A stretch of 60,574 nucleotides of DNA. Source: Basidioascus undulatus. Taxonomy: Eukaryota. The position numbers were made by a program, and so were the translations under genes. Under the pieces are notes generated by a model. That model worked only from the letters and a program-made list of their open reading frames with translations, was not told the origin of the DNA and did no database searches. Positions 39,794-52,574 of this stretch are shown one piece after another. Where the stretch lies: contig JTLS01000006.1 in assembly GCA_000826855.1 (NCBI GenBank), forward strand, positions 1 to 60,574, in the 5' to 3' direction. Within the stretch, counting starts at the first letter, position 1. The number at the start of each line of letters is the position of its first letter.

Positions 39794-40075
39794 GAGGGGC
39801 GGTCGGGAGATACACCACTTTGGACTTTCCTATGTGAGCGCAGGCGCGCTTCGTGGTGCATTCGATATCGGATTGGCAGGCACGTGCAGATAGCTCGAGA
39901 GTACAGTGCGCTTGGCATGAGGTACATACAATGTGCGGAGACGTGAAATGGGACGATGCAAGGAAACAAAAGGGGAAGAGATGCTGGGAATGAAACGTGA
40001 GAGCGATGCAAGAGTGAGGAGTGCACATCCGGACGTAGAGAGGAAGAGAAGAAACAGAAAAACGCGACGCAAGCC

Positions 40076-41582
40076 CTACTTCTCGTCAAGGAATTCTCGC
40101 AAGTCCCACTTCGGCATGACCTGCACACGCCTTCTGCGTCAGCATGCGATGCTACCCGTTTTTACGCAAGAGGATGAGAAGCGCACCTGGATCGTCTTCT
40201 TCCCGCCATGAGTCGTCACCTCCTTGCCGTACGACGCGTATCCTTGCTCGCCTAGCCGCTCGAGGAGGAACGACGGCGGGACTTCGGGCACGGGCACCTG
40301 GTTCTCGTGCAGGACGGCGAAGACGAAGGAGGTTTGTCGTACGAGGCTCTCGAGAACTGGAATGGGTGGGTGGTTTGTTTGGACTGTGATGGGAGGGAAA
40401 GGTCAGTTGGTCTCCCGCAAAGCACAAGACAAGCAGCAAGAGTGAGCGAAGCGAAACGCACGCATGATGGCGTTGTTGACCTGCGTCGCGAGCCCATCTC
40501 TGCGCTCCTGCGACAGGTACACCTTGACGGGCGACGTCTCGGGGGTCGTGTAGGCCATGAGCGCGCTGACGCTGTCGAGCTCCTTCAGGTAGACCGGCCT
40601 GTCCGCGACGGGGAGCTGGTTCGCGGCCGCGTACAGCGCCTGCAGGCTCATGAGCATCGCATTCACCTGGCTCGTCGACAGACTCGTCGTGCTCCCCGTC
40701 GAGCTCGTCGCGGGACTCGGCGGGTCCTCAGGGGCCCCGGCTCCGCCCGCGGGTAGCGGTGTGGACCGCACGGACTCGATCCACGCTTGGATCTGGAGGT
40801 TGAGGGAGATGTGCGCGGGCTCGGCAGAGTGCGGGAAGGCGTGCACGGAGGGGTTCGTTCGTCGGGAGGACTTGCGGGTCGGGGGAGTGGGGCGGGAGGA
40901 CTTCCCGCCGGAAGAGGGGTTGAGAACGGTCGGAAAGTGCGCGTTCAGGAGGGTGACCGCGGCGGGGATTTGGCCGGAGGTGATGTTGGTAATAATTTCT
41001 GCGCCCGACCATGCCTTGAGCCTTCAAATGACATATATCATCCTGAGTTTGCTACTCACCTTTCCGAGCAAGGATATCGCGCAAGTCAGCCTGGCTGAGC
41101 TCGACGCGCTCGTCCCCATTGCCATCCACCTCCAGCGCGAGCTCGTCGTCCTTGATCTCCTCATCCTGCGACGCGCCCACCCCATTCCCATTCGTCGACC
41201 CCGCATGCTTCGTGCCCGCTCCATTGGTCCCATGCCCGTTCGTAAGCGGCGCGTCGTCCGCGACACGCTCGTCGCGCATCTCCACGTCGCCGCCGCCGCC
41301 GACACTCGCGTCCTCTCGCGCCTTCCCCTTCGGTTCGCCGCGGACGCCAGCGAACGCCCTGACGGTCTCGACATAGCAGTGGTGCGTCAGGTATCCGAGC
41401 ACGAGTTCGCGCTGATAGCGAGCACAGAGGGTCAGCTCTGCACAGCCAAAGCACGCGATATGGTGACGTACGAGCTGCTGAGGCGATGGATCGAACAGCG
41501 GATGCTGCACTTTCGGCGCATCTTTGGCTGGCAGAAACAGTCGCGACTGAGAGGGCTGTGAAAACGTAGGCGGACGTGACAT
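40076..41582 (-). CDS. LisH-CTLH-CRA domain protein (GID/CTLH E3 ligase-type subunit)
   Basis: RELVLGYLTHHCYVETVRAF (LisH), EIITNITSGQIPAAVTLLNAHFPTVL (CTLH), LNLQIQAWIESVR, SALMAYTTPETSPVKVYLSQERRDGLATQVNNAI (CRA); ends WDLREFLDEK*. Confidence 0.85.
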
Positions 41583-42097
41583 TCGGTACGTGAATCAGAG
41601 GGTACAGCTATGGTGGCGGTCGAAAGGGAGCAGCGAGGGGGTGTCGAGAGGGGCAGCCGACCCGGCAAGCGGCGCGCGCTTCGACCGGTGCGCGGGTGTG
41701 AACGCAGGCCGCCAGCCAGCCTTTCACCAACTTTCGCAACGCCCTTTTGTTGAACGACGATTTGCTGTAGATTGAAAACAAAATATGTATAATGTACAGC
41801 CCGCAATAATTGTGGTAGAAAGACTGGTTCTGAGGATCGGATGGCGCCGCTGCTTCGCAGGCCGTTTGAGTTTGCACTGCGACTGCCGCTCGACGTCTAC
41901 AATGGGCTTACATGGTACAGTGCTATTCAGTTGCCATCCAAACATATTTTCATGTATCCTTGAGCCAGGGTAGTTCCTAGCCCGCTGCATGCGCCTGCAT
42001 TCTGCATTAATCGCTTCGCACACACAACAGTGAGCACACGTCCACAAGATTTATCATCTGTGCATTGCGCACTTCATAAATCAATGTTCATCAATAT

Positions 42098-43133
42098 TCA
42101 TCGCCGCGTCAGGAAGGCCCAAGTGGCAGCGACCCCAACTATTGCACCGAGCAGCGGCGGCCCAGCGACGCTCGACAGCGAGGCCAACGAATCCACCACC
42201 CTATTGAGCGTCTTCACAGACGCCCGTCCTCCCATCACCTCCTCGTAGCTCGGTACCGTCCCCTTCTCCCAGCCCTCCAGAACCCTGAGCGCCGCCTCGT
42301 CGTCCAGCTGCGCCAGCTCCTCCAGGTTCCAGTCCTCGCACACCTTGATCATCCACCTCATCCTCCGCTGCCCCAGCTCGCCGCCCACACCCGGCGCGCG
42401 CTTCCGCAGCTCGCGCCGCAATGCCCCGATGCGCTCGATCGCTTGCGCCACGGCGGGAGGGAGCGCATCCTCGATGCGCCGCCGGATGATGTTCGCGATC
42501 TTCGGACCCTGCCCGCCGGTCGAGACCATCACTTGCAGGGGTCCGCGGCGGATTTGGGAGCCGAAGTAGAAGTCGCATTGAGGACTGCCCCTCACACCGA
42601 ACCCATGAGCATCCGATATCCCAATGTCGCTGGGGTGTATATGAAGGAGATAGGGAAAGGAATACTCACGGGACATCAGCTATGTTGACGGGAATGCGGC
42701 GCTCGCGAGCCATGCGGCAGATATCCTCCGACAACGCATTGTCGTCGATGGCGGTGAGGACCATGTCGGCGCCCTCGAGATCAGACGCGCCTGCGAAGGG
42801 TCGGTCGTGGTACGTGTCGACGAATTTCTCGACGAAGATGCGGTGCTCGACCTCGGGGGAGAGACCTTCACGAGGGCTGATGAGGGTGACGACTGTGACG
42901 TGATACGGGAATATCAAAGAGTGCGGGAGGGTGAGGAGTGTGTATGAGTGGCAAGATAGCATAGAAATGAGAGGAGGTTCAAGGGACAGACCTGCATCTG
43001 CCTCGAGGACGTTCACCAAGCGGCCAGCTGCAACGGCCCCCCCACCGACGAGCACCACACGCTTGCCCCGGAGCTGCCAGGCCAGAAGAAGGCTCCCTCC
43101 GCGGTGCAGTTCTGGATACTCGCTCGAGCTCAT
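42098..43133 (-). CDS. MET8: Siroheme synthase Met8 (precorrin-2 dehydrogenase / sirohydrochlorin ferrochelatase)
   Basis: GGSLLLAWQLRGKRVVLVGGGAVAAGR, DMVLTAIDD, IPVNIADVPPQCDFYFGS, GPLQVMVSTGGQGPKIA, RMRWMIKVCEDW, plus a hydrophobic C-terminal tail. Confidence 0.93.
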
Positions 43134-43664
43134 GGTGAATGATACAAAGAGAAAAGGAGTGAAGATGAAGACTGGGGAAGATGGAGACTGGGAGGCGGCT
43201 CGCTCGTGAGGAACGCTTGGTCAGCTCGAGCTATTCAAGTCGAACATAATGAGGCTTGTTGTAGAGGTTGCTTGTCGTGTTTTTCAGTGCATCAACAGTC
43301 TTGAACAAACTATTCAGTTTCAGATCAGATCGAGGGCAGGCGTCCGAAAGAGTTGTCTGCGAGTAATCGTTGCCTCGCCATCGTGCGTTTAGCCGTCACG
43401 GTATCCTGTCACGGTGCCTTGCTTCTGAACACCGAGAGGACAGAAACTAAAAGTAACTATTGTGCGGCTAAAAACTTTAACCAAACAAAACTTAATAGAA
43501 TGTCTACGTTAGGTCGAGGTTTCGCGGCGGCGGTACCGGCACCCCTGCGATGCCAGCGACCATTTTCACGTCGAGCTTTCATTAATCGACTGTCTTTCAA
43601 CGAAGACCATACAAGACGGGTATCTCATGCGTCTATTGAAGAATGAGCTTACTTTCGTTGAAGT

Positions 43665-45015
43665 TCAAGGGTTCCCGCTCAGCACAAGCAGCCTCCCGCC
43701 GTCGGTCTTGAGCACCTGCCCGTTGATGTACGCGCCAGCCTTGCTGCCCAGCAGCAGCGCGGGCCCAGAAATGTCCTCCGCATCTCCAGCGCGACCTGTT
43801 CACGTTCGATATTAGTACGCCTTCGTGGCGACAAAGACCTCAACTGCGTACCAGCAGGAAGCGCCTGGAAATGCACTTTGTGCGTCTCACGGATCGCTTC
43901 GCGGTTGGGCTCGGTCATCTCACTGCGGTAGAGACCGGGCGCAATTCCCTGTACACAGAGCAGAAATGAGCGCTGGAAGGGTGGAAGGACATAGAAGAGG
44001 CGCGACCCACGTTGACGCGGATTTTGAAGGGGAGGAAACGAGCTGCGAGGTTCTCAGTGCTGCACGATCATGCATGTCAGCATGCCGCATCAGCTCTTCG
44101 ACCGACTGCGCATCACGTACAGGTAGGAAGTTGCAGCCTTGCTTGCTTGGTAGGCCGGGTGACCGTGCCTGTGTAATGGAGCAGGTTCAGCCGCGTCTTC
44201 AGGAAGCGCTTGTAGCGACGTACGGCGAGATGTGGTGACCCGCGATGGATGTCACGTTGACGATGTTGGGATCGCCATGAGGCGCCTTGCGCAGGAGCGG
44301 CACGAAGGCGGCGGAAGTGAAGAACACAGCCGTCGTGTTGACCTGGTAGGTGTTCTGCCAGTCCTCCCTGATCGGCGCACGCGTGTCAGCCTCAATCGCT
44401 TCCCCGTAATGCCACAGGAGGCAACGGACCAGCTGCTCTCAAACAGGGACTTCTGGTACTTGTCCGCTGTAACACAGAGTCAGCTTGTTCTCTTGAGCTG
44501 AAAATGGGAGGGGCTTACGGTTCTCGAAGTCCTTGGGAACGGACTGCTTAGGCAGGATCCCGGCGTTGTTGAAGAGCGTGTCGAGTCCGTTGGGCTCGAG
44601 AGCTGTGAAGTCGGCAACGAGCTTGGCGATCCCCTCCTTCGAGCTGATATCGCCCTGGATACTGGAGCACCACGAAAATGAACCAGATCGGCAGTCGAGG
44701 TACTTCGGCGGTGCTACGTACGCGGTGATCTGTCCGCCTCCAGCAGTCTTGTTCGACTCCCAGTTGGCGACGACAGCCTTCAGGCTCTCGAGACGACGTC
44801 CGGTAATGTAGACCTGGGACACACAGCTTATCAGCTTCCCTGCAGCCGTCACTATGGCTGCTAACATCCAGCCTACTGACCTTCGCCCCGTTGGCGGCAT
44901 AGGCGGTCGCGATGTAGCTGCCGAGTCCGCTCCCACCGCCGGTCACAAGAACCACATGGTCTTTAATGGAGAAGAGCGACGAGGCGGTGAGAGATGCGGG
45001 GTTGGTGGAGCTCAT
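43665..45015 (-). CDS. Classical short-chain dehydrogenase/reductase
   Basis: VLVTGGGSGLG, ANGAKVYITGRR, LFNNAG, NVTSIAG, YQASKAA (YxxxK), KIRVNGIAPG, YINGQVLKTDGG. Confidence 0.92.
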
Positions 45016-45404
45016 TGTGGTCGCGAGGCCTATCGCTGTGAATAGGGATGGCAAATGAGTTACAGACGGGTCGTGGTCTGTCGACAGCAGCGGCGTGCTG
45101 GCGCGCCAGGATGACAACTGCGGCCCGGTGGTGTGAGGACGCGGTTATGGGCGGCAAGAATCCACTTGGAACACTATACCGAACTGGCTCGCTCATTGCT
45201 ACTTCAAGCGTGCAAAAGCGTATCCTATACGTAATGCAAACATATAATCAGAAGACCGTATACTCAGAACATAGCAAGTGGTACACCATGCGTGCGCTCT
45301 GCGGCGGTGTGTCCAGTGGTCGCGGGCATGAACGCCGTTGAGGTCTGAAGGATGAGCAGTGCTACACCCGCCCGGCCCCTTTCCAACTCTGCGAGCATTT
45401 TCCT

Positions 45405-46032
45405 TCAGTTAGTAAGCAAACACATGCCATACCGGACACAGCCGTTGCAGTGCGCTCCGTTACTCTGCGCTGCTTCAAATGTCTCCTTGAGCCCAGCCGC
45501 AGTCTCCGTTCCGCAGACATTCCGCATATAATTCCCAAGCCTTCTCGAGCGACAGAAGCTTGTACGATTCCGGGTCGCATCGCGGCGGCTCGATGGAAAC
45601 CGGCCGCACCATGATCTTGAGCGCTTCGCGGTTGCAGTTCGACATGTCGACATGGAGACGCAAGGCCGGGGAGGCCGCTCCGCTCATGGTGCCTGTGTGG
45701 GCCTGATACCATATGCGCAGAGCGGTGATGATCATGCCCGAGCTCGCCTCCGCCGGCGGAATATCGACAAGCTCCGGCGTGTTGCGATACCAGCGGCAAG
45801 GGTGCTTGTGCCGCGGCCAGTCGTCCCGCTGACACTCCTTTGAACAGTACCGTACTGACCATGGTTTCATGCCTCAGAGGAGGGCTTAACGTTAAGAAAA
45901 ATTGGAGGGGAAGAGTGCGCACCTTCTCCGCAAGCACTGCAGACTCGGCGGTTTTGGCCGCTGGGGGGTCTCGCATTCGGCGCAGAAGCCCTGGGTACGC
46001 GAAAGGCTGACGCGCTTGTGAATGAACAACAT
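45405..46032 (-). pseudogene. MYND-type zinc-finger protein, frameshifted
   Basis: Removing one base of the 6-nt run at 45963-45968 gives CAEC..NRRVCSACGE-(intron)-VRYCSKECQRDDWPRHKHPC, a complete MYND finger. A further frame change seems needed near 45490. Confidence 0.7.
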
Positions 46033-46939
46033 TGTGCAAGTCGAGGGGCTGTAAATGGATAATAAATCGAGAGTGCATATGATCAGGGTAAATGGTCGAG
46101 AGGGACGGCTCGATTCGGCCTGGGGTGATGCACCGGACAGCTCCAGCTCCATATCCGCAGGCCTGGGCAGCGTGAACATATCGTCTATAGGAGACGGGCC
46201 GCTGCTGCCATGTGGACCACATAGACTAAGTTCTTTTTTCCCCATATTATTGCAAAAACCTGCCTTCCTATTGTGCAATGTCGGTCCAACATAAACCACT
46301 GGCCACGTTTCCCCAAAGTCCACCCTCTACAATGGACCAACAAAGGCTGCGTTTCGAGATTGATCAAGATCTCCAACCTGTGCGGACCGGCGTTGCGTCC
46401 ACGTCTGACCGACGCAGCGTCCGACCTGGGTCAAGCTCTGGGCCCATGTCGGGGCAATGTGGATTTCCCCTGACTGTGTATTCATTTGTACCAAATTTAT
46501 CTCGCTATAAAGTTTTCAAAAAATGTAGGCACGCTCCTGTCAGTGATAAAGCAAGTCAGTGCTGTGTCGGACGTCCGATCGGACGCAGTGGTCCCCAGGT
46601 TCCGGGTCTGCTAAGTGTAGCAAGAAAGGCAACAAGTGGCTGCCGAATCCGATCGACGATCGACGAATGGACTCGAAAAGTTCTGGTCAGTTCGGCCCAT
46701 CCTAGCGCGAGGGCGAAGGAGGATGAGTTGAGAGTGTCATTCGAAGGTCGACAGGACACCGATCGAAGATCAGCGTGACATCGTCAGCGTGAGCATCGAA
46801 GGTCAGCATGAGTATCGACCTCCTCCAGAAATAGGCAACGGCACCCGACCATCTTGCAGCGAGCCCGAGAAGCACATGCGCCAACCCGAGATCGTCTATC
46901 GCACACCCCTTTCCATTCCCCCTGCCGCAAGGGCACAGA

Positions 46940-47563
46940 TTACTCCTGAATGAACTGGAGGCGGGAGAGACTGTGAGTGAGGAGCTGGGAAGGGAGGACA
47001 AGCGATAGGGACGCACCTTCGCGCGGATGTCCTTCCACTGCTTCTGTTTGCGGAGAAGCCCCAGTGTGTAGAGAAAGAGTGAATGAGAAAGCGAGGGTCG
47101 AGCGGGATGTGAGTCGGTAGGCGAGGCCGAGGCGGGTGACGGACGACGAGTTGGGCGCGATGCGTGACGGAACAGGTATTGGTTTTCGTAACGGAGAAAA
47201 TTGAGCGGGTGAAAGAGGGGGAGGAGGAAGGTGGATCGTCAGCATCCTGTTCTCGAGCTCCATTGTGCCGTCCGTTGCGTCTTCCCCTGCTCTCCCAACC
47301 TGACCCTACTTCCGCCCGCCGTCTCCCTCCCTGCGCTGCTCCGGACTACGCTCGACTGACCCCCTTGTTGTGGTTGTCCCAGTAGGCAGAAGTCGCGAGG
47401 TCGAAGCCGATGCCGAACGCAAACGCGCCGGCAAAGATGGAGGCGACGTAGACGCTGTTGCGCTTGAAGAGCGTGTTGTTGAGGGCCGCAGCGAGCTATG
47501 CAGCATGTTTTCTGTGAGTGTGCGCAGCGAAATGCGGGCCGGACGTGGAGCACGTACAGACAT
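46940..47563 (-). CDS. QCR9: Cytochrome b-c1 complex subunit 9
   Basis: Four exons: MS / LAAALNNTLFKRNSVYVASIFAGAFAFGIGFDLATSAYWDNHNKG / KQWKDIRAK / FIQE*. Confidence 0.93.
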
Positions 47564-48062
47564 GGCGAAGGAGGACAATCGGGCGGTGGTGGTTCGCGGA
47601 CGAGCGCCGCCTCTTCGGCGCAAGCGAGTGAGCGGAGAAGGCGGACTTGGGCGGTGCGACCGGACCTGGTCCTGGTCACTCCCTCGCTCAAGTCGGGAAT
47701 CAGCTTCGCGGTTCTCACGTCTTTGCTTTTTTCCTCGTGCGCCCGTTTGCATCGCATCGCTGCTGTAGGTCGGCAGAGAAACTAGCGTCGAGCATATCTG
47801 ACCCTGCTTTGAACTCGCCAGTCCCTCAAAGAGACCAGCACCTCCTTCGATTGTCCCTGCTGGTCATCTTCGTCCTTCGTGCGCTCATCAATTGACCCGT
47901 ACTCACCGCTCGCATCTGCTCATTGTCGTCCCCGATACTTTCCATCAAAGTCACTTCCGAAGATCTCTACGTCTCACAAACTCGGTCATCTCGTCCGTCG
48001 AACCACTCAGGCTCTCAGTCTGACCGCTCACCCTTCCTCACACTTGTCACCCACCAGGCATC

Positions 48063-48675
48063 ATGTCCGCGCCCAACTCGACCCTCTCGCTCCTCCAGCG
48101 CGCCGACAGCCTAGCCCAAACGTTCAACAACCACCACCGCTCCTCCACCTCCCTAACATCGAACATTGCACAGCTGGCCTCGCAGCAGTCCTCCGTGCTC
48201 GCATACCCGCCGACACCCGACCCCGCACAGCAGCAGCACGTCCTCGCGGCGCTGCAGGAGTCGATCGAAGGCGCTCTCAGCGGCGTGCGCGACCACCTGC
48301 AGGCGATGGAGGGCGTCGTCGAGCAGCTCAAGCAGCTCTTGTTCGACGTCGACCTGTTCCTCTCCAACCCGGGCCAGTACGCCGGCGTGTCGTCGTTCGA
48401 CCCCCAACACGCGCTGGCCAAGATCTCCGATCTCTTCAACATGTACCAGACGGAGCTCATTTCCGTTCGTCTTGCACCCGTTTGAAGAGCGCTCCCTTGC
48501 GGCCGCTGACTGATTCTCCCCGGTGCCCTAGAAACGCGAGCTGCTTGCGGACTATACGTGCGAGGAGATGGACGCGAACGCGTTCGCGGCGGGTTGGGCC
48601 GAGATGCTGGAAGTGAATCGCTCTGCGGAGGAGGAGATCGGCGACCTGGCGGACATCCTTTCCAAGATGTCATGA
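48063..48675 (+). CDS. Hypothetical all-helical protein, two exons
   Basis: GC3-rich ORF 48063-48464, intron ending CCTAG at about 48530, then KRELLADYTCEEMDANAFAAGWAEMLEVNRSAEEEIGDLADILSKMS*. Confidence 0.7.
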
Positions 48676-48791
48676 ATGCCTTGCAGCGTTATTAACGCGG
48701 AAGCTGGAAGAGTCATGTAATTTGACAGTCTAGGGCACAACAACAACCCGAACATAGCTCAACCCCCGAACATCCTCCTCCCCCCAGCAGC

Positions 48792-50110
48792 TCACAGCGC
48801 GCCCCAAAGCTCAAGAACCATCGGGCAGTGGTCGGACGGCCCCCCAGATGTGCTGCCTGATCTCGCACGTCGTGACGCGGCTGCGCATCTCCTCATCCAC
48901 AACGAAGCTGTATCCTCGCCCTCTCGTCAGTTTCCGCGCCCGGCCCATCGTATATGCCAGTTCGCAATCTCTCGCACCTATGGAGCCTCCATCCCAGACC
49001 TGCTCCGTACCATGTCCCCTCAGCAATCGCCTACACGCAGCAGGTTGAACGAGGTACGCACCATTCGACCTCGCCCCCTGTGAGTTCCTGTAGAAAGTGT
49101 ATCCTTCCGCCTTTTCCCCGTGCAGCGTCCTCGAGGTATCCGCGTACAGCGCAAACCTCTCGTCGGGGCCAGGGTTGAGGCCGCCGAGCAGCGCGGCGAA
49201 CCGCGGCCGCTCCTGGTCCGTCTTGTACGACGATGTTCCACATCGCCGCGCTGGGGACGATGTCTATTCGAAGGGAGGCCGGTCAGGGCGGTGATTTTAG
49301 CTTAAGGTTAGAATTAGGGGTAGAAACAGATGCACCTTTCTTCGACAGAGCGACGCTGCGCAGGACACCCCTCAGCTCTTTGCAAAGCACGAGAGTATGA
49401 CGTGCCCGACGTGCTCCTCGCCGGGCCAGACGCCGTCGTCGATGCCGCACTGGCAAAGGAGAGGGCCCCAAGGTTATGGCGGCTGGGGATTGAGGGAATT
49501 GTCGGGGAAGCGACATGCCGTGCACATCAGCGGCTTCCGACGGGAGAGGATCGCAATGCCGGCTGTGTGGATCCGGCTCGAAGCTCAGCATGCGGCGTCG
49601 ACGCGACGCAGCAGAGGTCGTCTCACCCGTGCTGGTCCCCACCGAGAACCAGTACTGTTACTTGTAACGGTCCCTGTGATCCAGTGGTCAAGATTGGTAA
49701 GCCATCTAGCAGAGAGCTGGACAGCGGCGCGAGCACCTCATGAAGTGCGTCGGCTCCTGCACCGGCTTGGTCTGCACCGCAGCCAGCCCCCTATCCTGCA
49801 TCAGCTTGGCAGTCCCAGATCGACATTATTCGTAAAAGACCAGACGCACACCGTCTCGGTAAGTATCATCAAGTCGGCGTCCTCCCTCTCCAAGTACTCC
49901 TTGAATCCCCACTGGCGCCGGTTCGTCAATGAGTCAATCAGCAATCAGTCTGCCATCCGTGACAGCAGCCCAGGACAGACAGATCTTCTTAAACGCCGCA
50001 AAAAAAGTTCATCACGTTGTACGCGAGCAGCTTCTTCGTGCCCGATGTCTTGAGAGGCAAGGTGATGGGCAGGTCGATCGACGTGTTGTTGGGCAGCGAG
50101 GCCATCGAGG
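48792..50110 (-). pseudogene. Exonuclease III / APE1-family AP endonuclease pseudogene
   Basis: Collinear fragments LPNNTSIDLPITLP..KLLAYNV, WGFKEYLEREDADLMILTET, RYK*QYW, AGIAILSRRKPL, ERPRFAALL..YADTSRTLHG..GYTFY..ARSNG, SFVVDEEMRSRVTTCEIR..WG/SDHCPMVLEL. Premature TAA at 49658-49660 and frameshifts at 48840-48845 and 50000-50006. Confidence 0.85.
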
Positions 50111-50494
50111 CTGTGTTGTGAGACATGGGTTAGGAGCAGCAAGGCAGCTCAAATGCAGTGCGGATTTGAGATGAGAAAGCCTGAGCGCTGTGTGAGCGGA
50201 TGAGGGGAGACAATGAGGATCGATCAGTAATTGGTGATGGTCAGTCGACAAGAGAGCTGAGGACGCGTCCGCGACGCGCCTCGTCATTTCCGCGAACTCC
50301 TCGCGCGGCACCTATTAGTGGGTGTTTGTAGGGATCCGAGTCACTCATTTCAAGGCAAAATAACACTAGGCGACCGAAAGGTTGTCACAAGCAGCACGTC
50401 CACGACCAAGAGCACACCACCCCGAAAAGCACAACAGGAAATATATCGTCCCTGCAACTCCGGGTCGAGCGCAAGCACCTTCCACCCCCGACGC

Positions 50495-52574
50495 TCATAC
50501 AAGACCCTGCTTCCGCAGCTGCTCGTACGTCTTGCGGTCGTACACGTTCCCCTCCGCGTCCTCGACCTCCTCCATCGACTGCGACGCGGCAATCTCGGCC
50601 TTGCCTTCCGCTTTGAGCTTCTCAGCCACTGTACCGGACGAACAGGGGTTAGTCAGGGAGAGGGATCGAAAAGAAGAGAAGGGGAGGGGAGAGGAAGGGG
50701 AAGAGAGAGAGGGGAACGGGAAAGGGACGCACGCGCAAGCGCATCCTCGATCTTGGTGATCTCGTGGAAGTGCTTGGTGTTGGGCAGCCCGAGCGCCTTC
50801 ATACCGAAGGCGTGGCGAGCTTCCTGTTTCCCGGACATAAACAAGTTGAGCACGATCAGTCCCGAGGGGGCAAGAGGCGGACATGAAGGCTCTGCGAAGA
50901 AACGAACGAACCTGGAAGTGCCGCTCGAAGTTTTTCCTGTTTGGCACCCACCGCATCAGCGCCATGCCGCGCCAGAGAAGCCATGTCCCGCCGGACTCAC
51001 CGTCCATTGTACACATAATCCGAGCAGATCTCGCAACGATACTCGACGCCCAAGCCATGGAGCTTGTACAGCCAATACGGGATCGGCTTCCCATCCCAAC
51101 CCATAGGCAGCTTAAGCGGATTGTAGATCCTCCCTTCGTCCTCGTCCTCTCCGGGGGCGCCCTCCGCCGCCGGCTCGGGGAGGGGGACGACCTCCTCCTC
51201 CTCGAGCTCCTGCTCGCGCTCGCGCGAGGTCAGCGCGCTCCGGCGCTCCGCCTCCGACTTCGTGTCGCTCCGCACGGAGGCGAGCAGCGTCGTGAGCAGC
51301 CGGAGCAGCGCTTCTTGGGACGCCAGCAGGCGCTCTTTGGAGCGCCGCAGGGAGGCGACGTCGGATGAGGGGGCGGAGGTGGTGGGATCGGTAGGGGCGC
51401 CAGCGGCTTGTAGGCGCTTGAGCGCGTTTTGGTATTTTTTGGACTTCTTCACCGCGCTGTAGACGTTCTCGTTCGTGTAGAACTTCTGGGCTGTAAGCGT
51501 CCTCCCGTCCCTCAGCATCTTCCCATCTTCCAGAACCAAACCCGCCCCCGAACCTCGAAACCAAGAAGGAAACCTCCCAGGACGTACTGACAGGATCCCA
51601 GATGCCCTTGCCCTCCTCCTTGCCCTTGCCATTCGCCTTCGGCTCCTCCTTCGGCCAGCCCGCCGCAGTGCCCTCCTCCCACTGCTTGTCGAACGACTCG
51701 AGCGCCTCCTTCTCGAGCGCCTCGAGGTCTTGCAGCGGTCGTGAGCGTTTGAAGAAGGACTCGAGGTAGGAGACGAGCTCGGTGAGGTATCTTCAAAGTC
51801 GCGGGGCTCAGGATTAGTGGCTACAGGGGGGAAGAACGAGTAGACAGGAGGGGGACGCACTTGGCGTAGGCTTCGGACCGCTTGACCTCCTTCGGGAGCG
51901 CGTCGACGGCCTCGAACTCGTCGAGGTATTGGAGGTAGTTGAGTCGTCGGGGGATTCCCTTGAGGTTGATGTACGCCTCGTGGGAGAGGTGCAGATCGAG
52001 GAAGCGGCCCATGTTCTCCTCGCCCGAGAACAAGCTCGTTAGCACTGTCCCACACGTCCTCCCGTCAGCCTTCTCGTCCCATCCATCGCCTCCCCAAGAC
52101 CCCAAGAGAAAGAGAAGGAGCACGCACTGTCCCCCTCCGTCCCCTCCATCGGCTCGTCCTCCTCAAACGTGCGCAGCTCGGCGCGCAGGCCGTCGACCGG
52201 TGCGTCAGGGTTGCGACGGTGGTACTCCTTGACGCGCACGAGGCGGTCGTAGAACTCGTCAAGGTCGTCGGGCGCGCCGGAGCCAGAGAGCGCGGCGATC
52301 TCGGACGCGCGCGTGCCGTTTGCGTCGGCGTAGAGGGAGGAGAGGGTCGAGGTGCGGTCGAGCACGCGGGAGGCGATCTCGGAGAGTCGGTGCTGCTGCA
52401 GGAGGTTGGCTTTGTGCTGGGGGCCAGAAATTGAGGGGTTGAGTGGCAGTTGGATTTGGGATAGAGCGTTGTACTCACGCCCTTGACGTCCTTGAGGAAG
52501 AGGTCGACTGCGAGCGTCTCGTAGCGCTCGATGTCCTCGTGCAGACCGCGCTGCTGCTCGATCACGCTGTCCAT
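50495..52574 (-). CDS. PRP9: Splicing factor SF3a60/SF3A3
   Basis: [123 protein letters not shown]. Confidence 0.96.

Noticed and set aside
42098..43133. MET8 as part of the heme/flavin island at 19-27 kb
   Set aside because: About 15 kb away with unrelated housekeeping genes in between.
43590..43667. Possible 3'-UTR intron or stop readthrough after the SDR TGA (GTAAGC 12 nt downstream)
   Set aside because: The context is not TGA-CTA, no PTS1 is generated in the frames tried, and the branch site is weak.
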